The notes beneath the pieces are model-generated. The model was not told where the DNA came from, ran no database searches, and saw only the letters and a program-made list of their open reading frames with translations. Made by a program: the position numbers and the translations under genes. 64,000 bases of DNA from Candidatus Latescibacterota bacterium (GTDB lineage: Bacteria; Latescibacterota; UBA2968; UBA8231): positions 1,312,001-1,376,000 of the forward strand of contig CBDCSU010000005.1 of NCBI GenBank assembly GCA_965221775.1. Direction: 5' to 3'. Of this stretch, positions 18,335-29,949 are shown in pieces. Numbering within the stretch: the stretch's first letter is position 1; every line of letters starts with the position of its first letter.

Positions 18335-20551
18335 TCACAGGCTATAGCTGAGTGACAGCAGGTAATTCCTGGGCGTTCCCGGCATGATCCGGTCACGGCG
18401 CCAGGCGTTCTGGAAGTACCCCGCATCGGTGAGATTCTTGACGCTCAGGTCCACTCTCAGGCTCTGCAGCCGGTAGGTGAGGGCGGCATCGGCCCGCACG
18501 TAGTCGTCGAGGATGAAGTCGTTGTCCAGGTTGCCCTGGCGCTCTCCCACATAGGACACGCCCAGTCCCGCGGCCAGGCCACTGGTATGGCGGTAGTTGC
18601 TCCACAGACTGGCGCTCTGTTCCGGTGCATTGTCGAGAAGGTTGTCCTCCCACTCGGGGCGGTCAGCATCCTTTTCGATGCGCGCGTCCACATAGGCGTA
18701 GCTGGCGATCACACGCAGTTGGGGGATCGGTTGCGCCGTCAGGTCGAGATCGACGCCCCGGCTGCGCTGGCGCCCGATCTGAACCCGGTAAATGCGGTAG
18801 CGGGGATTGGTTTCGACTACATCGTTGCGCGCCAGGTCGTATAGCGCCAGGGTCGCGCTCAAGCGGTTGTCGGCACCGGTCCAGCGCCCTCCCACCTCCA
18901 ATTGCACCGCCGATTCGGGGTCGACGGGTTCGACCAGATCGGGAGTTATCGGTGTGGCGTCGTCCTCCGGTTCATCGAGGATCTTCTCGCCCGATCTTGG
19001 TGTGAAAGAGCGGCTGTAGCTGGAGTAAAGGGAGAGACCACTCCCGGGCTTGAAGACGACGCCCAGGCGCGGGCTCAGACTGCCGTCACTGCGGTCGCTG
19101 GTTCGGTAGCTGCCGCGCTGATTCGTGCGCTCGTCGAAATCGACCCCGTCATAGCGCAAGCCCCCCAGTAGAACCCACTGGTCGCCGAACTCGACCAGGT
19201 CTTGCAGATACATGCCCCAACTGGTCTCTTCGCGCTCGCGGTTGCGGAAGAGGGCAAAGTCCTGGGGAATGGTCAGCCCGTAGTACGGCTCCGGGTCGTA
19301 GATGTCGATCTTCAGCGCGTCGGCATCCGCCGCTTCCGGCGTGCCCTCGCGATGGACCCGGTCGCCGAGCACTTCGCGCTCTTTATAGAAGGAGAGTGCC
19401 GCGCCCAACAACAGTGTATGCTCCAGGGCGCCCCCCTCCTGCTTGTAGCTCAGGTCGTGACGCATCGTGGTCTCGCGATAGAAGATCTCGTTGTCGTAAA
19501 TGGCGCGATTGAGCAGGTCCGTGTCGGTGTCCGGGTGTCCTGCCCCGCCGGGCAAGCCGACGACACCGCCCCGCGTTGCTTCAACCGACACCTGCTCGCG
19601 GTCCCAGGTGGTCTTGTAGTGGTTGAGGGTCGACGTCTGCGTCAGGCTGCGAGTCCAGTGCCGGGTAGCGCGCAGGGTGACCGCGCGGCTGCCCATGGTC
19701 TCCTTGTTGTAGAGCGGGTCTCCGTAGAAGCGATCGATCGGTACCGCCGCAGGCTGATCGAGGATGGCGACGATGCCCGCATCGGCCGTTCTTTCGTCTC
19801 GCAACAACTCCAGGTTCAGTTCCAGCGTGGTCGATTCAGACCAGCCCCAGTAGGCGGTGGGGCTGAAATACCAGCGATCCTGCTCGACGAAATCGCGAAA
19901 ACTCTCCGTCGCCAACTGAGAGCCGTACAGCCTGTAGAGCACCCTGCCTTCGCTGTCGAGCGGACCGGACGCCGAGAGTCGGGGACTCATATGGCCATAG
20001 TTGCCCGCGCTCAGGTGCAACCGGCGCGTGGGGGTCGTGGACGGCTGGGGGGTGATGGTGTTGATGATTCCCCCCGGCTCAATCGCGCCATAGAGGATGG
20101 AGGCCGGCCCCTTGAGCACTTCCACCCGTTCGAGATTGCCCGGCTCAACGGCAAACCGATTGTAGAACCGCACTCCATTGCGGTAGTAGTTGCGCCTGGG
20201 ATCCAACCGGAAACCGCGAATGATGAAATCCTCGGAGACCGCCGAATTCGTACCGCGACTGTAAACGCCGCTCACATTCTTCAGGCCATCCCACAGGGTG
20301 GTGGCCTGCTGATCTTCGAGTACCTGTCTCTTGACCGTCAGGACGGACTGCGGTGTGTCTTCCAGCGGAATGGGAACCCCCAGGGCCGTGCCGCTGTGGG
20401 TCGAGGAGTAGCCCGTGTCAGGCTCGGCGGTGACGACCGTCTCGGGCATGGCATACACTCTTGCCTCTTGCTGGCCCCAAGCGGGACTGCTCAGGGGGCC
20501 GAGGATCACGGCCACGGAAAACGGCAACCACTTCGTCCAATACTCTCGCAT
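18335..20551 (-). CDS. TonB-dependent (siderophore/metal) receptor
   Basis: Signal peptide, TonB box ETVVTA, ERVEVLKGPASILYG plug, SVKNLTD, C-terminal LSLSYSL. Confidence 0.93.
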   Translation of the reverse strand: MREYWTKWLPFSVAVILGPLSSPAWGQQEARVYAMPETVVTAEPDTGYSSTHSGTALGVPIPLEDTPQSVLTVKRQVLEDQQATTLWDGLKNVSGVYSRGTNSAVSEDFIIRGFRLDPRRNYYRNGVRFYNRFAVEPGNLERVEVLKGPASILYGAIEPGGIINTITPQPSTTPTRRLHLSAGNYGHMSPRLSASGPLDSEGRVLYRLYGSQLATESFRDFVEQDRWYFSPTAYWGWSESTTLELNLELLRDERTADAGIVAILDQPAAVPIDRFYGDPLYNKETMGSRAVTLRATRHWTRSLTQTSTLNHYKTTWDREQVSVEATRGGVVGLPGGAGHPDTDTDLLNRAIYDNEIFYRETTMRHDLSYKQEGGALEHTLLLGAALSFYKEREVLGDRVHREGTPEAADADALKIDIYDPEPYYGLTIPQDFALFRNREREETSWGMYLQDLVEFGDQWVLLGGLRYDGVDFDERTNQRGSYRTSDRSDGSLSPRLGVVFKPGSGLSLYSSYSRSFTPRSGEKILDEPEDDATPITPDLVEPVDPESAVQLEVGGRWTGADNRLSATLALYDLARNDVVETNPRYRIYRVQIGRQRSRGVDLDLTAQPIPQLRVIASYAYVDARIEKDADRPEWEDNLLDNAPEQSASLWSNYRHTSGLAAGLGVSYVGERQGNLDNDFILDDYVRADAALTYRLQSLRVDLSVKNLTDAGYFQNAWRRDRIMPGTPRNYLLSLSYSL

Positions 20552-20570
20552 TTCTCCTCCTGTAGTGTGC

Positions 20571-21041
20571 TTAGAGCTGGGTGGGATTGGGGGCGTCACC
20601 ATAGACCTTCTTGGGATTGAAGACCTTCTGCGTCTCCGTGAATCTCAGCGGCTGGCCGGCCTGATCGCCAAAGGGCACGGCGCGGTAGAAACAGGAGCGA
20701 TACCCTACATGGCAGCTGGCCCCGCCCTGGACGTCCACACGCAGCCAGATGCAATCCTGGTCGTCATCGATTCGGATCTCGCGGACGCGCTGCACCAAGC
20801 CGCTCGTTGCGCCCTTGTGCCAGAGGCACCTGCGGCTCCGGCTCCAATAGACGGCCTCGCCCATGGTGATCGTTTGCCTGAGCGCCTCGGCGTTCATGTA
20901 GGCATGCATGAGTACTTCGCCGGATGTGAAGTCCGTGGTAACTGCGGGGATCAGCCCGTGCTCATCGAACTTGGGGGCCAGTTCGGCTCCTTCCTCGACC
21001 TGCTCGACGCTCTCTCTTCCCGAAGAGGGGGGATTGCTCAC
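20571..21041 (-). CDS. hisI: Phosphoribosyl-AMP cyclohydrolase, probable zinc-starvation paralog
   Basis: [44 protein letters not shown] start with GGAG RBS. Confidence 0.92.
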   Translation of the reverse strand: MSNPPSSGRESVEQVEEGAELAPKFDEHGLIPAVTTDFTSGEVLMHAYMNAEALRQTITMGEAVYWSRSRRCLWHKGATSGLVQRVREIRIDDDQDCIWLRVDVQGGASCHVGYRSCFYRAVPFGDQAGQPLRFTETQKVFNPKKVYGDAPNPTQL

Positions 21042-21171
21042 TTGCTCTCCTGGCTGTGTCAGCTCACGAGCCACCGCCGATGATCCGCCGATCCAGGCTG
21101 TCGCGTACAGTTGATCCGGAGTCGAGGTGCTCAAGCACCCACTCCCTCGACCATCCCAAGCTCGGGCTTTG

Positions 21172-21197
21172 AATGATAATGATAAGTCATTATCATT
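21172..21197. promoter_or_regulatory. Fur/Zur-type box
   Basis: AATGATAATGA-TAAG-TCATTATCATT inverted repeat upstream of hisI; resembles the Fur consensus GATAATGATAATCATTATC. Confidence 0.8.
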
Positions 21198-21287
21198 AAG
21201 GCGCAAGTCGAATCGGGCCGAGGACGCGGAGGACGGTCGCCGGCGCCAGCCGGAGGCCTGTGCGGCCCATGACAGGGTGATTCAGAC

Positions 21288-21700
21288 GTGCATCCAGGGA
21301 CAGCAAGAGCGTCTGCAAGAGGGCCAGCGGCCGGAACCGTGCGGGCCCTGTGCGACACCCTGGTCCGCGAGCGCGGCTACCGGGGGACCTGCAAGGCGGT
21401 GGCTCGCCATGTGCGGCGGCGCCGTCCGCTGCCCAAGGTGCGGCCCCTGCGTCGGGTGGAGGTGAGGCCGGGCCGCCAGGCGCAGGTGGACGGGGTCGAG
21501 CCCTGGGTGCAGGTGCGCGAGCCGGGCGGTCGCACGCGGCTGAGCGCCTTCGGCCGGTCCCTCAGCTCGCGCAGGGGGTCGGTGCAGTGGCGGCTGGACC
21601 AGGGTCCGCTGTCCTGCCACGAGGCCCACAATCGGGCCCACGAGGCGGTGCAGGGGGTGCCTGCAAGACCGCCGTGGTCCGCCGGGGCGGGCCGTGGGCG
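21288..21700 (+). pseudogene. IS21-family transposase (IstA) remnant
   Basis: LVRERGYRG...RRVEVRPGRQAQVD...AF...LS..R...GVP. Degenerate and truncated. Confidence 0.65.
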
Positions 21701-22575
21701 ATCCTCTGCCTCAATCTGACGCAATCATCTGGAGTGTCGACCCGGACCTTTTCCAGATCGGTCCGCTCACGATCAGGTACTACGGCATCCTCTTCGCGCT
21801 CTCGTTCTTCATCGGACACAACATCATCCGTTCCGTCTTCAGGCGAGAGGGGAAGCCGGAATCCGATCTCGGAACGCTCCTGGTTCACATGATGGTCGGC
21901 ACCATCGCAGGCGCGCGCCTCGGTCATTGCCTCTTCTACGACCCGGGATACTACCTCGGCAATCCGCACAAGCTTCTGATGGTGTGGGAAGGCGGGCTCG
22001 CCAGCCACGGTGCCGCGATCGGCATTTTGACCGCGCTGTTCATCTACGCCCGACGCCACCCCGATCAACCGTATCTGTGGCTGCTCGATCGGATGGTCAT
22101 TGTCGTCGCCCTCGCCGGACTGCTGATCCGACTCGGGAACCTCTTCAACTCGGAGATTCTCGGAATCCCCAGCGATCTCCCTTGGGCCGTCGTCTTCGAC
22201 CGGATCGACGCTACACCGAGACATCCCGCACAGCTCTACGAGTCGATCGCCTACGGAACGATCTTCGTGGGGTTGTATCGACTCTACATCCAGCTCGAAG
22301 CCCGAACGCCACGAGGGCTCTTGTTCGGCCTCTTCCTCGTCTCCGTCTTCGGGTTCAGGTTTCTGATCGAATTCGTCAAGGAACGACAGGCGGCGTACGG
22401 CGCGGACCTTGCCCTCAGTGTCGGCCAGGTCCTGAGCATACCGCTGCTCATCCTCGGAATCGCAATCCTGGCAAGGGCGCTGCGCAACGGTTGCTCCGAG
22501 CCCGATTCGGTCGAACAGGCGGCCTCAGAGGCGCAGCGCCGGGCACACCGGAGCGCAGGTCCTCGATCCAAGTGA
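21694..22575 (+). CDS. lgt: Prolipoprotein diacylglyceryl transferase (start uncertain)
   Basis: IRYYG, GARLGHCLFY, WEGGLASHG, IRLGNLFNSE, RHPAQLYE, RFLIEFVK. Confidence 0.95.
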   Translation: MGDPLPQSDAIIWSVDPDLFQIGPLTIRYYGILFALSFFIGHNIIRSVFRREGKPESDLGTLLVHMMVGTIAGARLGHCLFYDPGYYLGNPHKLLMVWEGGLASHGAAIGILTALFIYARRHPDQPYLWLLDRMVIVVALAGLLIRLGNLFNSEILGIPSDLPWAVVFDRIDATPRHPAQLYESIAYGTIFVGLYRLYIQLEARTPRGLLFGLFLVSVFGFRFLIEFVKERQAAYGADLALSVGQVLSIPLLILGIAILARALRNGCSEPDSVEQAASEAQRRAHRSAGPRSK

Positions 22576-22584
22576 GCTCTTCGT

Positions 22585-23744
22585 TCACGTCGGGCCCCGG
22601 CTCCTGCGCAGGGTCAGGCAGAGGGGGCGGTAGCTCCGCTGCACGATCCGCCGCTCGTCGAGGACCTCCCACGCCGGGGGCCGCTCCGCCAGGGCCGCCC
22701 GCAGCGCGGCGCTGTCCTGCGTGAGCACCACCAGGATCCCCCCGGAGCGGCACAGGCGCGCGGCTTCCGCGAGGGTGGCGTCGTAGAGGGCGCGGTTCGA
22801 GCCCCGGGGGCCGCGCCGCTCTCCCCAGGGCAGGTCGGCGGTCACCGCGTCGAAGGAGTCGCCGGGCAGCCCCGTGGCGGCGGCATCGCCCTGGAGCAGG
22901 TGCACCCGCTCCGCCAGACCGGCGGCGGCCAGGTTCTGGCGGCTGGCGGCCAGGGCCTCGCGGGAGATGTCGAGGCCCACGGCGGCGGCCGCTCCCCGGC
23001 GCAGTAGCCTCTCGACGAGCAGGGTCCCGCCCCCGCACATGAGATTCAGGTAGCGCTGCTCCCGCCGGGGGCGGCTCAGCTCCACCATGCAGGCGGCGAT
23101 GACGGCGTTCAGGCTCACCGGCCAGTCGACGCGCCGCCAGTCCCTCGACGCCAGGGGACGGTTGCCGGCGCGGCAGAGCACCTCCCAGCCGCGGCGGCCC
23201 GGCCGAAAGGTGATCAGGCAGTCCCCCGCCTCCGGGTCCCAGGGCATGCCGAGCCGCTCCTCCAGGGCCGCGGCGATGCGCCGCATGGTGGGCGACCGGG
23301 CGCCGGCGGCGTCGAAGCGGAATCCGCCGGGGGAGCGGCCGAGGCCCCGGGCGCGCTGCACCAGTTCCACGAGGGCGGTCATGTGCTCGGGGCTCAGCAG
23401 CGTGCGCGGCCGCTGCACGGCGAAGTCGCGGCGCAGCAGCAGGCTCTGGGCCGTGGCCAGCCGCAGCAGGCTCTGCGGCTCTCCGGAGTATGTGAAGTGG
23501 ACCTCGTCCGGCCGGTCGTGGGGAACGACGCGGCACTGGCCGCCGAAACGCCGGGCCAGCTCCCCGCGCAGGATGTCCTGGGTGCCGTCGAGGGCGGCTG
23601 CCGTCCAGAGGTGGGCGGGTCCCGCGGACCTCGGCCCTCCGCGCGGACGGGTGCCCGCCGGGGCGCCGGCTGCCTGCGTGGAGTCCTTGACGACCTTGGA
23701 CCGGGCGCCGGCGGTGCCGCGGCGGCGCCCGGGTCCGCTTCGGT

Positions 23745-23748
<4 letters not shown>
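22585..23748 (-). CDS. UPF0020/Trm14-RlmL-like RNA methyltransferase
   Basis: SLNAVIAACM, LMCGGGTLLVE, TADLPWG. GTG start overlaps the upstream stop; start uncertain. Confidence 0.7.
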
Positions 23749-25726
<1,978 letters not shown>

Positions 25727-25730
<4 letters not shown>

Positions 25731-27415
25731 TTGCTCTCTTCGGGGGCGGCCATGAGGGACAGGTGCCCCCGGTCGACCTCGATCTGCAGCTGCGACCCGC
25801 CGGCGCCGAGGTGGCCGCTGACGGTGTGGCCGCCGCGGCTGGTGGCCGCCACCTCGAGGGGCAGGTCGGTCGCCGCGCGGCCGCGCTCCACGTGCCCGAG
25901 GACCTCCAGGGACGACTCGCGGGGCACCCGCAGGTGGACGCTGCCGCGCGAGCACTGCACCGTGCACGGGGACTCCACGGGCTGCTCCCAGCGGATCTCC
26001 ACGTCGCCGCGCTGGCTGTGGACGGTGACCTCCGAGCCCGGGCTCCGGAGCAGGGCGCGGCCGCCGCCGCAACGCAGGGCGACGCGGCCGGCGACCTCGC
26101 GCAGCTCCACCGGCGCGTGGTCGCTGCGGACCATGGCCTCGCCGCCCACGGCGCGGGCCCTCACCGGCGACCGCGAGGCCCGCAGCACGAGTTGGCCGCC
26201 CACGCCGGAGACCGCCACCGGGGAGTGGCTGGCGCGCACCACGGCGCCGCCGCCGACGTCGGAGAGCTTCACGGGCCCGTGGGAGGTGGTCAGCTGCAGC
26301 TCCTGGCCGACGCCGGAGATCTTCATGGGCGAGTGGCTGCCGTCGACCGAGAGACCGGCCCCCAGGCCCTCGGCCTCCAGGGGGCCGTGGCGCACCCGGA
26401 GGCGCGCGTCGCCGCTGACGCGGCGGATGCTCACGGGGCCATGGGCGCCGGACAACTCCAGGGAGCCGACGACGCGCCGGACCTTGGCCGGGGAGTGCTG
26501 CAGGCGCAGGGTGGCCGACCCCTCCACGGACCTCACGTTCACCTTGGAGTGACGGGCCTCGAGGTTGAGCCCGCCCCCCAGCTGGCGCACGTCCGCCTTC
26601 CCGTGGCGCTGCCGGAGGACGGTGTCGCCGCCGATGCCTTCCAGCGTCGTGGGGCCGTGGCTGGCGTCGATGGCGGCATCGGCCTCGAGGCCGGCGACGT
26701 CGACCTCGCCGCGGGCGTTGCGCAGGTCCACCGATACCTTCGGGTGCACTCGCAGGACGAAGTGACAGGTCACCCGGCCCGGCCCCTCGTTGACGCTACC
26801 GGAGCCCTGGGCCTCGACGCGCAGGACGCCTTCGGAGCGGTCGACGCCGAGTCCCACCCGCCGGGCGTCGTTCTTCGCCGTCTCCTCGTCGTGGGCGCCG
26901 GTCACCGTCCGCAACTCCACCCGGGCCTCGTCGCGGTGCCAGGTCCGCACCTGGATCGACCCGCGGTGGTTGCGCAGCACCAGGCGCTCGCCCGGGGACA
27001 GGGGGACCTGATCGGAGAGGTTGTGCTCGACGGTGAAGGCGTACTCGCGGTCGTCGTCGCCGTTGCCGGCCTCGTGGAAAGCGTCGCTGATGGTCCGTCC
27101 CATTTCGTGCAAAGCCTCGCCAACATCGGGCATGGCGGCAAGCGCCTCGTCCACCAGATTGTCCACGTCGGGGATGGTGTCGCGCACGGCGCGGCGCACC
27201 CCCGGCATCGACGCCCGCACCGTCCGCCGGGCGCGGTCGAACTGGTCGCGGATCTCGCCTTCGAGATCCTCGAAGGGGGAGAACCCATCGCGGGGCTTCC
27301 TCCGGCGCGGGGGCGGGTCCCCGTTCCCGAGAGCCCTCAGCAGGCGCTCGGCCTCCTCGGCCGAGATCTTCCCCTCCTCCAGCATGCGCAGCACCGTGGC
27401 GCGCTCCTCGCTCAT
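25727..27415 (-). CDS. SHOCT-like + DUF4097 (Toastrack) beta-repeat protein, YvlB/LiaX-like
   Basis: MSEERATVLRMLEEGKISAEEAERLL N-terminus, then repeated xHGPVx/xHSPVx beta units. Confidence 0.8.
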
Positions 27416-27807
27416 CGTCCGTCCTCCTTCAGTCGCTCCAGCCTGGCCACCGCCGTCTCGGCGTCGATCTCGCCGCTCTCGAGGCGCTCCAGCACTCGCT
27501 TGCTCCCGCCCTCCTCCGGAGGGGTTTCGGGGGTCTCTCCCCGGCGCTCGAAACCCAGCTCGGCGATCACCTCGTCGAGGCGATTGCGCACCGCCGCGTA
27601 GGGCACCCCCAACTCGCGCTCCATCTCCTTGACATTGCCCCGGGCCCGCAGGAAGGCCTCGGCGAAGGCCAGGGACCCCGGCGACAGGCGGTCGAAGACG
27701 GTGGCTGCGAACCGCCCCTTGATCTCGATGTCGCAGCTGCCGCAGTGGAGGCGCGTGATCTGCAGCTCTCCCCCGCAGGCGGGGCAGTGTTCGAGGGCCT
27801 TTCTCAC
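27412..27807 (-). CDS. DUF2089-family Zn-ribbon/HTH/SHOCT protein
   Basis: CPACG...CGSC, GNVKEMERELGVPYAAVRNRLD, VLERLESGEID. Confidence 0.85.
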   Translation of the reverse strand: MRKALEHCPACGGELQITRLHCGSCDIEIKGRFAATVFDRLSPGSLAFAEAFLRARGNVKEMERELGVPYAAVRNRLDEVIAELGFERRGETPETPPEEGGSKRVLERLESGEIDAETAVARLERLKEDGR

Positions 27808-27933
27808 GATTTTTCTCCGAATGGGAGAATTATCCTAACCATTTGAGGGAAAGGCGCAATGATTTTTATCCAATGGAGAAAAACCCATCCTCCGTCGCCT
27901 TGGCTCCTGAAGAGGTCCATTCACCGAGAGAAG

Positions 27934-27982
27934 TTGAATTATTCAATATGCATATTGACTTTTTTAACCTTCGAGGTAGATT
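27934..27982 (+). promoter_or_regulatory. Palindromic operator overlapping a sigma70-like promoter
   Basis: Perfect palindrome TCAATATGCATATTGA (27943-27958) and TTGAAT-T-ATTCAA (27934-27946). TTGACT (27955) is followed after 16 bp by TAGATT (27977). Confidence 0.55.
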
Positions 27983-28014
27983 GGTGGCCAATAGTCAAGG
28001 AAGGATCGAGGGTG

Positions 28015-28368
28015 ATGGATATCTCAAAGGCACAGTGCCCCGAATGCTCCAGGGCCCTCCAGGTCGACCGCATGGTCTGCCGCTCCTGCGGGGTGGCCGT
28101 GGAGGGGGAGATCGAGGTCTCGGCCCTCGGCCAGCTCGATCTCGACGACCAGGTCTTCGTCACCGCCTTCCTGCGCAGCCACGGCTCGATCCGGCGCATG
28201 GAGTCCCTCTTCGGGGTCAGCTACCCGACCGTGAAGAACCGGCTCAACCGGATCGTGGCCCGCCTCGACGCCGCCTTCACGCCCCCGCCCTCCGACAACG
28301 CCGAGGTCCTCGACCGGCTGGCGCGCGGGGAGATCACCACCGATCAGGCTCTCGAGGAGCTCTCTTGA
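28015..28368 (+). CDS. DUF2089-family protein (second, divergent copy)
   Basis: CPEC...CRSC, HGSIRRMESLFGVSYPTVKNRLN, VLDRLARGEIT. Confidence 0.85.
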   Translation: MDISKAQCPECSRALQVDRMVCRSCGVAVEGEIEVSALGQLDLDDQVFVTAFLRSHGSIRRMESLFGVSYPTVKNRLNRIVARLDAAFTPPPSDNAEVLDRLARGEITTDQALEELS

Positions 28369-28595
28369 TCCCTCCCGTGCTCGTCCTCGTCGCCTTCGGG
28401 CGCGGTCCCTGGATGGTGCCCGTGCCCATCCCCGTCCTGCTGCTGTGGCCGCTGGCGCCGCTCGTCATCGCCCACGGCCGCATCGCGCGGGATCCCCGCG
28501 GCATCGCCCTCCTGCGCCTGGCCGCCGCGGCGCGGGGCTTGCGCGTCAGCCTGCGCAGCGGCTCCGGGGAGCGCTTTCTGCTGCGCGTGCTGTAA
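28365..28595 (+). CDS. Small membrane protein
   Basis: TTG start overlapping the previous stop. Pro-rich hydrophobic segment PIPVLLLWPL. Confidence 0.55.
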   Translation: MIPPVLVLVAFGRGPWMVPVPIPVLLLWPLAPLVIAHGRIARDPRGIALLRLAAAARGLRVSLRSGSGERFLLRVL

Positions 28596-28617
28596 CCATT
28601 AGAAGAAGGAGACCCCC

Positions 28618-29031
28618 ATGAGTGAAGACCGCCGCAAGATCCTGGACATGCTGGCCGCCGAGCAGATCAGCGTCGACGACGCCCAGCGCCTGCTCGACAA
28701 GGTCGAGCCCCCGCCGGCGCCGGCCGTCGCCCAGGACGATCCCCTGCCCCGGAAGGGGCCCCGCTACCTGCGAATCCACATCGTCGACGACGACGACAAG
28801 GTGGAGCTGCAGATCCCCCTGGCCCTCATCCGCACCGGCATCCGCCTGGGCGCCGTGGTGCCGGACTCGGCCAAGGGCAAGCTGAAGAAACTGAAGAAGC
28901 TGAAGAAGGAGGGCTTCGACATCGACCGGTTCTTCGAGATGGCATCGGAGGATCTGGTGGATTCCCTGGCCGAGCTGGAGGTCAACATCGAAGGCGAGGA
29001 CGGCGAGCGGGTGCGCCTGTTCTGCGAGTAG
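28618..29031 (+). CDS. SHOCT-like domain protein (DUF2089-associated)
   Basis: MSEDRRKILDMLAAEQISVDDAQRLL, YLRIHI...KVELQIPLAL, ERVRLFCE. Strong RBS. Confidence 0.75.
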   Translation: MSEDRRKILDMLAAEQISVDDAQRLLDKVEPPPAPAVAQDDPLPRKGPRYLRIHIVDDDDKVELQIPLALIRTGIRLGAVVPDSAKGKLKKLKKLKKEGFDIDRFFEMASEDLVDSLAELEVNIEGEDGERVRLFCE

Positions 29032-29065
29032 ACGGACCGGGGGCCAGCCCGCATATTCGCCCACC

Positions 29066-29539
29066 GTGGAACGGCAACCGATCGACCGGCGCTGCTTCGG
29101 GCGGCGCGTGGTGACCTTGGCCGTCGCCGGGGCTGCCGTCTGGCGCGGGACCGGCGACGCCGGAACCCTGCAGCGGCGGGAGGTGGAGGTCGTCGTCGAC
29201 CTCGACGACCCGCGCTTCGCCGCCCTGCGCGAGGTGGGCGGCGCCATGAAGGTGGTCCCCGAGGGCAGCTTCGAGCCGGTGATCGTCGTGCGCCTGTCGG
29301 AGGACGAGCTGATCGCCTTCAGCAGCGCCTGCCCCCACTGGGGCTGCGAGGTCACCCTGCCCGACGAGGACGGCCTCATCGCCTGCTCCTGCCACGAGAG
29401 CTGGTTCGACATCGAGGGCCGCTACCTGGAGGGCCCCGCCGAGGAGGACCTGCCCCGGGTGAAGCTGGTGGTCTCGGCCGGCACCGGGGTGACGCCCCGC
29501 TCCTGGGGGCGGGTGAAGGACGGGTCCCGCCGCCGCTGA
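29066..29539 (+). CDS. Exported Rieske [2Fe-2S] protein with C-terminal SWGRVK tail
   Basis: Tat-like DRRCF N-terminus, CPHWGC and CSCHES motifs, GPA, tail TGVTPRSWGRVK. Confidence 0.85.
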   Translation: MERQPIDRRCFGRRVVTLAVAGAAVWRGTGDAGTLQRREVEVVVDLDDPRFAALREVGGAMKVVPEGSFEPVIVVRLSEDELIAFSSACPHWGCEVTLPDEDGLIACSCHESWFDIEGRYLEGPAEEDLPRVKLVVSAGTGVTPRSWGRVKDGSRRR

Positions 29540-29610
29540 AAACGCGTTCCTCCCATGGCTTGACATGGGGCTTTCCCGCGGGAAGGTTCTTGCGGAAGGA
29601 GGGCTGCCCA

Positions 29611-29787
29611 ATGAGCCTGGAATCCTATGTGACCCCGGCGGTCGTAGTGGCTGCCACCGCTTTTCTCTGGAAGGTTCTTGGAGCCAGGATCGACGGACTC
29701 GGGGCCCGCATCGACAGCCTCAAGCGGCGATTCGATGCCCTGAACGCCCGGATCGACCGTCACCTGGAGGGCCACCCGTCCCAATGA
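29611..29787 (+). CDS. Small TM + coiled-coil protein, tandem copy 1
   Basis: GGAGG RBS. MSLESYVTPAVVVAATAFLWKVLGARIDGLGARIDSLKRRFDALNARIDRHLEGHPSQ. Confidence 0.7.
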   Translation: MSLESYVTPAVVVAATAFLWKVLGARIDGLGARIDSLKRRFDALNARIDRHLEGHPSQ

Positions 29788-29933
29788 GCCTGGAATCCTA
29801 TGTGACCCCGGCGGTCGTAGTGGCTGCCACCGTTTTCCTCTGGAAGGTCCTCGGGGCCCGGATCGACAGCCTCGAGCGGCGATTCGATGCCCTGAACGCC
29901 CGGATCGACCGTCACCTGGAGGGCCACCCGTAA
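29784..29933 (+). CDS. Small TM + coiled-coil protein, tandem copy 2
   Basis: ATGA overlap with copy 1. Near-identical but one 7-aa heptad shorter. Confidence 0.7.
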   Translation: MSLESYVTPAVVVAATVFLWKVLGARIDSLERRFDALNARIDRHLEGHP

Positions 29934-29949
29934 GGGAGACGCAGCGAGC

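Noticed and set aside
28878-28908. 9-nt microrepeat encoding KLKKLKKLKK
   Set aside because: Short in-frame slippage with no phase-variation consequence.
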